Source of the DNA: Candidatus Bathyarchaeota archaeon
GTDB taxonomy: Archaea; Thermoproteota; Bathyarchaeia; Bathyarchaeales; DTEX01
Length of the DNA stretch: 64,000 nt
Assembly: GCA_963714275.1 (NCBI GenBank)
Contig: CAVQNT010000006.1
Span: forward strand, 1-64,000
Reading direction: 5' to 3'
The position numbers and the translations under genes are program-made. Below are positions 55,741 to 64,000 of this stretch, one piece after another. The notes under the pieces were generated by a model, which ran no database searches, was not told the DNA's origin, and saw only the letters and a program-made list of their open reading frames with translations. The stretch's first letter is position 1, and every line of letters begins with the position of its first letter.

Positions 55741-58174
55741 GTGACGGTGGTAATGTTCCAAAATCCAAGGATCGGAGTCTTCGTGTGCCACTGCGGTCTT
55801 AACATAGCGGGAACAGTGGACGTTGAAGCCATCACCGAATATGCGCGGACTCTTCCTGACGTCGTTTATACAGTTCACAACCGTTACACTTGTTCTGATC
55901 CTGGGCAGGAAGAGATACGTAAAGCCATAAAGGACCATAATCTCAACCGGGTTGTTGTTGCTGCCTGTTCGCCGAGGATGCACGAATTCACTTTCCGTCG
56001 GACAGTCGCTGAGGCTGGGTTGAACCCGTACCTTTTCGAGATGGCCAACATTAGAGAGCATTGTTCATGGTGTCACCCCAGCAAACCTGAGGAGGCAACT
56101 CAGAAAGCTAAAGAAATAGTCAAAATTGCTGTTGCGAAAGCTAGACTTCTTGGACCCTTGCAGCCAATCGAGGTTCCAGTTACAAATAAGGCGTTAGTCT
56201 TGGGCGGTGGAATAGCTGGTATGAACGCGGCTCTTGACTTGGCTGAGATGGGTTTCAAGGTCTACTTGGTGGAAAAGAAGGAAAGCATCGGTGGGCACAT
56301 GGCTCAGCTGGACAAGACGTTTCCAACTTTGGATTGTTCCATCTGTATCGAAGGTCCAAAGATGGTTGACGTTTCCCGTCATCCGAACATTGAAATTTTC
56401 TCGTTCACAGATATAGTCAGCGTCGAGGGATTCGTGGGAAACTTCAATGTTAAACTACGAAAACAACCCCGATACGTCATAGAAGAGAACTGCACTGGAT
56501 GCGGAGAATGCCGAGACATTTGCCCCATAGAGTTCCCGAACGATTGGGACATGAACATAGGTGTGAGAAAAGCGATTTCGGTTCCTTTCGATCAGGCTGT
56601 ACCTTTAATTTACTCAATAAACAAGGACTACTGCATCGAATGCTTCAAGTGTGTTGATGCTTGTGGAGACCGCCAAGCTATTGACTTCAGCCTTGAACCT
56701 AAAGAGGTTGAGGTAGAGGTAGGCATCATAATAATTGCCACGGGTTATGACATTTACCTGCCAGAAGAAGGCAACGTCTACGGGTACGGAAAATACAATA
56801 ATGTCTTGACAAGTTTAGAGTTTGAAAGGCTTATTCTCGCAGCTGGCCCAACTAATGGTCAAGTCATTAGGGCTTCGGATGGTAAACAGCCAAAAGTAGT
56901 GGCTTTAGTTCAGTGCGTAGGCTCCCGTGATGTAGAAAAATACCCGTACTGTTCAGGTTTTTGCTGCATGTATACCCTAAAGCACGCTGTACAGCTGAAG
57001 GAACATTATGGGCAAGACGTGGAAGTTTACGTTTTTTACATCGACATGCGAACCAACTTCAAAGGATACGAAGAATTCTACGCGAGAGCCAGAGAAATGG
57101 GAGTAAACTTCATCAGAGGTCGAGTGTCTAAAGTTTTTGAAACGCCAAAAAAAAACCTAATCATCCGTGCAGAAGACACGTTACTCGGAGAACCCATTGA
57201 ACTAGAGGCTGAAATGGTCGTCCTAGCCACCGCAGCTACAGCATGTAGGGACGCTGGAGAAGTCTCAAGAGTTCTCAACATTACCCGTGGCATGGACGGG
57301 TTCTTCATGGAAAGCCATCCGAAGCTTAAACCCATCGATACAGCGGTTGACGGAATCTTTTTAGCTGGAGCCTGCCAAGGACCGAAGGACATACCATACA
57401 GTGTTGCTCAAGGTAGTGGGGCAGCAGCGCGAGCAGCGACAGTTCTTTCCAAGTCCACTGTCAAGATTGAACCAATAGTGTCCGTTGTTGACCCAGAAAA
57501 GTGTCGGAACACGAAGATTAAATGCGGAATTTGTGCAACAAAGTGTCCATACAGCGCAATCCAGGTTGAACCAAACAAGCCAGCTGAAGTTGTCGCAGCA
57601 AAGTGCCATGGTTGCGGTATATGTGTTGCTGAGTGCCCGGTTGACGCAATCACGCAGATGCACTTCACTGACGCTCAAATTTTGGCTCAGATAGACGCAG
57701 CCTTGGAGGAGAATCCTGAAAATAAGATATTGGGGATTTGCTGCAATTGGTGCTCCTATGCAGGCGCAGACTTGGCTGGAACAAGCCGTTTCGAATATCC
57801 TACAAACATTAGAATAATCAAGGTCATGTGTTCAGGAAGGGTTGACAGAGACTTTATTCTCGAAGCCTTCCGAAAAGGCGCAGGCATGGTTCTGGTCGGA
57901 GCTTGCCACCTTCCATACGATTGCCACTACATTGACGGAAACTGGAAGATGAAGGCACGCATGGAAACACTAGCAAACATGCTTCAGAAGCTCGGAATAA
58001 CGCCTGACAGGTTCAGGGTTGAATATGTTTCAGCAGACTGAAGGCGTCAAGTTCGCCCAAGTAGTCAAAGACATGACTGAAAGGCTAAACGAAATCGGCG
58101 TAGAAAAGATTAGGGCTGAAAACGAGAAACTGAAACCTTACATTGACCGGATACTTGAAAGGAAAAACAAATAA
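55741..58174 (+). CDS. hdrA: Heterodisulfide reductase A fused to MvhD, frameshift near 58037
   Basis: IGVFVCHCG, ACSPRMHE, GGGIAG, DKTFPTLDC, QCVGSRD; MvhD part CCNWCSYAGAD, MCSGRVD, CHYIDGN. Confidence 0.95.
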
Positions 58175-58232
58175 CTTGTCATTATGCACCTTTTGGCTTA
58201 TCGTTAAAAAAATTACAGGATTGTAAAATACA

Positions 58233-59044
58233 TTAGAATGAATTTATGAGAAGCCTTATACTTACGATGAGCATGACTAGGCTGAAAGCCTTTTTCAGAA
58301 GTTTTCCTGAAAATTTTTTGGCTATTCGAGCACCCAGTTGCGTGCCGAAGATGACTCCTATTGCTATGTAGGCTGAGTACTCTAGCCTCACGTTGTTGAG
58401 TGTATGTGAGTTAATACGCCTGCAATGCTTGTGAAAATCATGATGAACATTGATGTTGCGATGGTTAGGTGAATTGGAATGCCTGCTGCGAGGTTAAGAA
58501 TAGGAACCATCAGTGCGCCGCCACCTATGCCCAGTAGCCCAGATGACAGTCCGCCAAAGAAGGACAAAATGAAGGCTAGGACGATGTTTGTGTCATATTC
58601 GAACATTTTTTCTTCCGAATCAGTGAGCTTCCGATGCCAAGTTCTCGAAATTTTCGTTATCTTGGGTAATGGAATGTGCAAATTACTAAGCATACTTATT
58701 GCCACAAAAATTAGGAAAAACGAAAAAATTATCGCCAGCAAGCTACTTGACACAAGGGTTGTCGCGTAGGCTCCTAAAACAGCTCCAGGAACTGTAGAGA
58801 CTGCTGAGACTACCCCAACTTTATAGTCTATCCGTTTCTGCCTTGAATACGCGTATGTCGAAGCAAAAGAGGTGAAGACGATGACTGCGAGGCTTGTTCC
58901 TACAGCTTCCTGGGAGGTGAAGACATAGATTATCGAAAGGGCAGGAACAATGAAGGTGCCGCCGCCTATGCCTGTTATAGATGCTATTATGCCTACTAGG
59001 AATCCTAACAAAATCAGGACCACGATATCGACCAGCAGCAGCAC
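58233..59044 (-). CDS. TauE/SafE (TSUP) family sulfite exporter, frameshifted
   Basis: GIGGGTFIVP, AVGTSL, GLLGIGGGALMVP, IATS. Confidence 0.9.
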
Positions 59045-59237
59045 AATTTTTGCCTCCTACAATCCTATCAGCAACCGCCTTTAAACTGTTAAAGGTTTCG
59101 AAAGAAAATGGCTTCTAGAAGCTGTCTTATTTGTGTAACAACCGAGTTTTCCATTTGTGTAACAAGAAAAAGGTATGGTTTGTCGTCAACTGTTTTTTAT
59201 TGTTGGATCGAGCTAAATGGAAAAATTTCTTTTCTCG

Positions 59238-59375
59238 CTATTCTGGTTGTATATGTGCATCATATGTTGGAGGAGGGGGATTTACAGCCTTTTTCTTTGT
59301 CAAGATTTTTATTGCAATGACAGCGGGCGGAAGGATTAAGGCTACCAGCAATATAAGCATGAAGGGATTTATCAT
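59238..59375 (-). CDS. Possible 45-aa single-TM peptide
   Basis: MINPFMLILLVALILPPAVIAIKILTKKKAVNPPPPTYDAHIQPE. Confidence 0.3.
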   Translation of the reverse strand: MINPFMLILLVALILPPAVIAIKILTKKKAVNPPPPTYDAHIQPE

Positions 59376-59430
59376 GTTAAATGTTTTTAGTAATCATTTT
59401 TATTATTTATACCATATTATCCAGTTAAGG

Positions 59431-59504
59431 AGCCTCAGGCGGGATTTGAACCCGCGGTCTCCACCTTACCAAGGTGATGCCCTAACCAGCTGGGCCACTG
59501 AGGC
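59431..59504 (-). tRNA. trnT: tRNA-Thr(GGT), no intron
   Basis: GCCTCAG TG GCCC AGCTGGTTA GGGC A TCACC TT GGT AA GGTGG AGAC CGCGG GTTCAAA TCCCG CCTGAGGC T. Confidence 0.95.
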
Positions 59505-59695
59505 ATAGGTTACTTTTTAGCCTATGCGGAAATTTAAAGTTTTGTTTGATGCTGTTATGTTATGGGTTTTGTGTATTAAGAAACGATTAAATCTACAATG
59601 AATGGAGACATCTCCCGCAACTCCCCCTCTTTTTTTGTTTTCTATATCGTGAAAGTCTTTTTTGTTACCAATGATAGTTTTCAGGAGGGGAGACG

Positions 59696-59998
59696 GTGAA
59701 GATGATTACGCTTTTGATTTCTGAATCCTACATCGTAGCGTTGGACAGTCTTGTTGGGCAAGGCAATTTTCCATGCAGAAGTGAAGCCGTCAGACTCGCC
59801 GTCAGAGATCTGCTCGTGAAAGAAGGCTGTTTGCCCAAGGCAGAAATTTCAGAAGATTTGACGGAAAAACTTGCTGTAGCCATGCACCTGGACAAGCAAA
59901 TGAAATTTTACAAAGAACATGCTGGGAAAGTTGACTATAAACCTGGCCTCTACTGGATACAAGAAAAATACCGCAAGCAAAAGGAGGCTTCTGAATGA
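59696..59998 (+). CDS. Ribbon-helix-helix (CopG-like) protein
   Basis: MKMITLLISESYIVALDSLV...RSEAVRLAVRDLL. Confidence 0.85.
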   Translation: MKMITLLISESYIVALDSLVGQGNFPCRSEAVRLAVRDLLVKEGCLPKAEISEDLTEKLAVAMHLDKQMKFYKEHAGKVDYKPGLYWIQEKYRKQKEASE

Positions 59999-60174
59999 AG
60001 TGCCCAAACTGTGAGTCAGCGAATCTGCAGCCTCATTATGATGGCACGTTTACGCCTAACGGCTGGATCTGCATAGACTGTTGTCACGTCGACAGGACTC
60101 TCGAGGCGCCTAAAGTCCCGAAAATGCCCTTGATTGGGATCAAGACTTTGCGTAAAGCGTGGTGGGAAAAATGA
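59995..60174 (+). CDS. Zn-ribbon protein, 59 aa (absent from ORF track)
   Basis: MKCPNCESANL...WICIDCCH; ATGA overlaps at both ends. Confidence 0.7.
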   Translation: MKCPNCESANLQPHYDGTFTPNGWICIDCCHVDRTLEAPKVPKMPLIGIKTLRKAWWEK

Positions 60175-60353
60175 CTGAATCTACCGTTAGACTTGTTGTT
60201 AAACGGACTTATCGAGGCGTCCCCTACAGCGTTAATGCATACCTGCAAAGCCTAACCAGCGTTGAGCCTGTGATGGCGGTTGTTGGACAGATTGAAGAAT
60301 TCATCGACCGGGAAGTCCAGAAACAAAGTATGGAAGAGAAGGGTGGAGGATAA
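60171..60353 (+). CDS. Hypothetical viral protein
   Basis: Translationally coupled ORF starting MTESTVRLVV. Confidence 0.55.
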   Translation: MTESTVRLVVKRTYRGVPYSVNAYLQSLTSVEPVMAVVGQIEEFIDREVQKQSMEEKGGG

Positions 60354-60355
60354 CA

Positions 60356-60625
60356 ATGAAGAAGGTTAGGAAGAGCATTGTTTATCAGCGTTGCGAAGAC
60401 CTCGCTGGGATTCTTGTTGAACAAGGGTATTCAGTCGTGAATGATTATGATCTTGAGTACCTGCTGAAACGGTATGTTGGCGCTGACCCCCGAACTGTCA
60501 AGGCATACAAGAACCATCTTGTTGAATTCAATTTTCTGCAACGTACGAAAGACGGTTTCAACATTTTGAAAGTGTGGATTCCCGTCCAGAAACGTTTGGA
60601 GGCTGTCGCAGAATCTTCCAAGTAA
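60356..60625 (+). CDS. Hypothetical viral protein (wHTH-like)
   Basis: GGAGG upstream; YVGADPRTVKAYKNHLVEFNFL. Confidence 0.6.
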   Translation: MKKVRKSIVYQRCEDLAGILVEQGYSVVNDYDLEYLLKRYVGADPRTVKAYKNHLVEFNFLQRTKDGFNILKVWIPVQKRLEAVAESSK

Positions 60626-60789
60626 TTTGTGTGTGCGTGTATTTGGATGTAAGGGGCTAAGGGAAAAATGAAACGAAAAACTGCTAATAATAATAATAAT
60701 AAAAAATATCGTTTAGCTATGCAGCTGTAGCTGCACACACACACAAATCCTATATAAGCATTTTTAGAGCGCACACAAAAAAGCAAAAA

Positions 60790-60942
60790 CAAACAATTCC
60801 AAAACCTGAACATTGTTCTAACCCATGGAAGCCTGACTGCGAGAACACCGACATCGCCCTGGATATTGAACATCAGGGGAAAAGGCGTCCTATCTGCCGA
60901 AAATGCTGGGAAACCATCAGCAGGAGCAGACATCAATGGTGA
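60790..60942 (+). CDS. Small Cys-rich protein (start uncertain)
   Basis: HCSNPWKPDCENTDIALDIEHQGKRRPICRKCWETISRSRHQW*. Confidence 0.5.
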   Translation, partial: QTIPKPEHCSNPWKPDCENTDIALDIEHQGKRRPICRKCWETISRSRHQW

Positions 60943-61179
60943 CCAGCATGTTTTGTCTCGGAAAGGGTAGATGTCTGGACCTACGAATCTCTTGGGTATG
61001 GAAAACTACTTTTTCGTCGTCAATTTTTGGGCTAAAAAATGGTGCTGAAAAGTGTCCCAAAAACTTGTCTAATAGATGGTTGAAAGGGCTTGGAACGTGG
61101 TTCACGGAAGTGTATGTCAACATTACTGGTTTGTATCCAGAGTCGGTTTTTGTGGTGATTCAGTATTTTGTGGAGGCGA

Positions 61180-61405
61180 ATGTTGTTGAAGAGGAAAAAA
61201 GACCAAATTGTTGAGATTAAGCGCATAGAAGTTGAAATTAAGGATATTCAAGGCTGTTTTCCAGCCCAGATTATGAGCTCGCGGAAGCAGCTTTTACGTC
61301 CGTTTGGATCCCTCTTTCATCAGATTCTACGAGTTGCAGCCGGGAGACGAGATCCTGGTCACAATCACGGAAGCAAAACGTGAAAAAAGAGAGGAAACAA
61401 AATGA
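61180..61405 (+). CDS. AbrB/MazE-like DNA-binding protein, frameshifted
   Basis: Second frame GSSFYVRLDPSFIRFYELQPGDEILVTITEAKR. Confidence 0.65.
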
Positions 61406-61680
61406 GGATAAACATTGTCATCAACGGATGGCATGACCTTGCGAAGATGATTCTGCGGGTCACATGTCTGGCTGGAATAGTTGGCATCGCACTCAAACTC
61501 ATTTTCTACGTGGTCATGATCAACGTTTACATTGCCCTGCTTCCCAACAACATTTACGCCGTCGCAATCGCTGAAAACTTCTTTTTTCCGTATTTCCCTA
61601 ACGCACTGGACTCCGCCTTCCTAATTGTTGCTGCGATGTTTTTGGCGCTTGAAAAAAGGACGAAAAGGGGAGAGAAATGA
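61402..61680 (+). CDS. Small membrane protein
   Basis: Two or three hydrophobic helices; coupled to upstream gene. Confidence 0.55.
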   Translation: MRINIVINGWHDLAKMILRVTCLAGIVGIALKLIFYVVMINVYIALLPNNIYAVAIAENFFFPYFPNALDSAFLIVAAMFLALEKRTKRGEK

Positions 61681-61684
61681 GATA

Positions 61685-62115
61685 ATGGCAATTTATTGGT
61701 GTGAAACATCGCCGGAAAACATCTGGATGCATCATTCAAAAGTTATGATGCGATGATTTGGCATCTTAAAAAAGTGCATGATATTAAAATTGTGGAGCGG
61801 TGGAGGCTTATTGAAGGTCATAATTTTTGGAATCTTACTAATCCAAATTTGAAAGTTATTATGAAATGTAGCATTTGTGATTGGTATGCGTATAGTGAAA
61901 ATTGGGATGATGCTTATAGGATCGCTAATCAACATGAAAAGAATCACATGAAATATTATTGTTGCGGAAAAGGGTTTAGAAGTCTCGTAGTGCTTCTTAG
62001 GCACGTTGATAAGGTTCATGGCGTCCATGTTGGGTTTGAAAGGGGGATGTCTAAGAGAAGGCTGTTTTTGGATGGAATAACAAAATCAGCTAAAAGGAGA
62101 TGTTACTTGGGATGA
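61685..62115 (+). CDS. Multi-C2H2 zinc-finger protein (5' part frameshifted)
   Basis: SFKSYDAMIWHLKKVH; CSICDW...HEKNH; YCCGKGFRSLVVLLRHVDKVH. Confidence 0.65.
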
Positions 62116-62305
62116 CTCAAAAAAAAGAGAATTGAAAATTTGGAAAGGTTGAAGGAGACTTATCACAAAACTTTAAGTTAGTAGCTTTTGTTTTTCTGTC
62201 CCCCTTCGGAAACTCTTCAGTCCTGTCCTTTCAGGAGAAACAAAAAGTGGGAATTTTAGGCTTTAAGCTTACGTTGCCTATATAGCGTGTATGCGATTAT
62301 CCATG

Positions 62306-63113
62306 CTAACCTGATGGCGACATAAAAGCCCACTCGTAGAAGATGCCTGTTGTGGTGATTACTCTGATACAATATGATGTGTCAGGTTGCAGCTTCAGTG
62401 TCTTCCAGATTATAGTAATATCTTTTGTGGACCCGACGTCGATTGTTGTTGGCAACGTAGGTGAAACAGATGCTTCGGTAGTGGCATTATACCATGTTGC
62501 TCCTGGATTTAATCTTATAACAACTGATTGTATCGTTGCAGTGGCGCTTCCTGTATTCCTTACGGTTATCTTAGTTGTATTCTGAGATACAATCCATTGC
62601 ACCATATCTATCATTATTTGTATCTGTGGTGGTTGTGGTGTAGAAGCGATTATTTGGTTTCTGGCGAACTTAACAACTACTGGTAGTTCTTGTTGTGGTG
62701 GAGCACCTTGGTTAATATCAAAAGTCAAAGTTAGAGTTACCGAACTTTTTGCTGGAGTCTGTAATTGTCCAACACCATAATCTCCCTTCTTGCTCAGGAA
62801 TTATCACACCACTGACTGAAGCATTTACGTCAATACCTTGAGGTATTTGAGTCTGTCCTTGTCCGTCAAGGAAGTAGACATCCACATCTACGATAATGTC
62901 TTTATTTGCCGAATTGCGAATTGTTAAGTTCTGGACCTTCGTCTCACCTGCGTATGCAGTAATTGAAAACGTGGATGGTCTTATAGAGATTGGTTCATTA
63001 ATTGTGAGTGTTGCTTGAACGAATAAGATGTCCCATGCCCCTACAACCCCAATGCTGAACAACGATACAAGCAGTACTACCAAGATTAGTTTCTTAGTCC
63101 TTTGCATTTTCAT
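62306..63113 (-). CDS. Secreted/surface beta-sandwich protein(s); distal part archaeal pilin-like (one frameshifted gene or two genes)
   Basis: Signal/TM MQRTKKLILVVLLVSLFSIGVVG; ITVRNTGSATATIQSVVI...YCIRVITTTG. Confidence 0.55.
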
Positions 63114-63394
63114 TTCTCCTTATACCTTCTTGTGTGCTCTTTCTGCTCTTCCATTAGAGTCTAAGTGGTTTCACACTTCCAACAGAGTTTACTGCTAGCT
63201 AGCTATAAGCCGTTATTATAATTGAACGTATAAGGGTTAAGAAAGATAATTAAGAAATATAAATCTATTAAATAATAGCAGTTAAAAGAAGAAGAAAAAG
63301 CCTATAATCTTTACTGAAAAAATTTAATGTGACTAGGCTTTGCCATTTTTGTTTTTTTGTGGTGTTTTTGTGTGTGAGTAGAGTAGTTAGCTGA

Positions 63395-63538
63395 CTAATT
63401 GTGATTGTTTTTTGAAATTTTTTCTTCTACTGCAAGCTCAATGTAATTTGAGCGGGACCTCTGTTCTCTTTCACATATTAACTTCAGTTTTTGGATGATG
63501 CTTTTGCTTAAAGCAACGCTGATTATTTCCTTATTCAT
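63395..63538 (-). CDS. Ribbon-helix-helix protein, 47 aa (absent from ORF track)
   Basis: MNKEIISVALSKSIIQKLKLICEREQRSRSNYIELAVEEKISKNNHN. Confidence 0.75.
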   Translation of the reverse strand: MNKEIISVALSKSIIQKLKLICEREQRSRSNYIELAVEEKISKNNHN

Positions 63539-63643
63539 GATTCCACGCTTATTTTCTAGCGTTATTAGTAATTAATACTTATTGTTAATTCTTAACAGCA
63601 TGCCTTTTAAAAATATAAAAATATATAAATTCGGTTAGATAGC

Positions 63644-64000
63644 TTGGCTCTTAAATGGATTAAAAGAATTTTTGCGAAGGACACAGCTGAACCGGGCATC
63701 AGAGGAGCTGGAGCCACCAGCCAAGCGGACTTTGGCACTCCGATAAGTGACACTGATCTTCTTTTCGCTGTTAAAAGGGAGCCTGTTGCACATCGCATCG
63801 TCTTCATGGTTGCGCATGACATTTTTGATAACTGGTTCAGCGTTGACGTTGCAGGCGAAAAAAGGCCTGATACAAGATTTAACGATCAGATCCAAACGGT
63901 TCTTGATGATCTTGAAGCAAAATCTGTTTTTACGGAGATGGCTGTTTATGAGAGGCTTTACGGTGAAGCAGTCGTCCTCGTCGGTTATTCTGATTATGGA
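63644..64000 (+). CDS. DUF1073-like phage portal protein, N-terminal part (open at window end)
   Basis: 119 open codons from TTG: KREPVAHRIVFMVAHDIFDNWF...LDDLEAKSVFTEMAVYERLYGEAVVLVG. Confidence 0.7.
   Translation, partial: MALKWIKRIFAKDTAEPGIRGAGATSQADFGTPISDTDLLFAVKREPVAHRIVFMVAHDIFDNWFSVDVAGEKRPDTRFNDQIQTVLDDLEAKSVFTEMAVYERLYGEAVVLVGYSDYG

Larger units (their letters stand above)
59600..64000. mobile_element. Probable provirus edge (tailed archaeal virus), continues beyond window
   Basis: Run of short overlapping ORFs (RHH, Zn-ribbon, AbrB, C2H2) next to a tRNA and a DUF1073-like portal at the window end. Confidence 0.7.

Noticed and set aside
58039-58041. TGA in hdrA-mvhD as selenocysteine
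   Set aside because: Homology (SA.EGVKFA) continues in a different frame and the position is not a conserved Cys, so it is an indel
59108-59508. Plus-strand ORFs 59108-59320 and 59131-59508
   Set aside because: The longer one overlaps tRNA-Thr antisense; neither shows protein-like features

Overview
Mostly an archaeal chromosomal segment, inferred to be Bathyarchaeia-like from Alba, L40e, archaeal AspRS, DGGGP synthase, an HdrA-MvhD fusion and SmsCB. Many genes are broken by single-base indels, most likely long-read consensus errors. The first ~950 bp look like a chimeric junction containing a bacterial-type AI-2E fragment. 977-13545 is a co-oriented catabolic island: sugar ABC transporter, UroD-like protein, a glycyl-radical enzyme with atypical GCEE/RVWGY motifs plus its activase, M24 peptidase, SDR, HpcH aldolase and TPP E1 alpha/beta. 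14.4-59 kb is largely housekeeping and metabolic genes, with a tRNA-Leu(CAG) carrying a non-canonical 29/30 intron and a tRNA-Thr(GGT). From 59.7 kb to the window end lies the edge of a probable head-tail provirus (RHH/AbrB/Zn-finger ORFs, DUF1073-like portal). The most interesting unexplained structure is a 191-aa catalytic-domain-only tyrosine recombinase (45502-46077) bracketed by a perfect 20-bp inverted repeat (TGTTGATGCTTTTGTATCCA). Two more exact intergenic copies of the 18-bp core lie at 38883 and 42138, dividing the neighbouring 7.4 kb into potentially invertible or excisable gene blocks. All calls come from reading the sequence by eye; no database searches were run.
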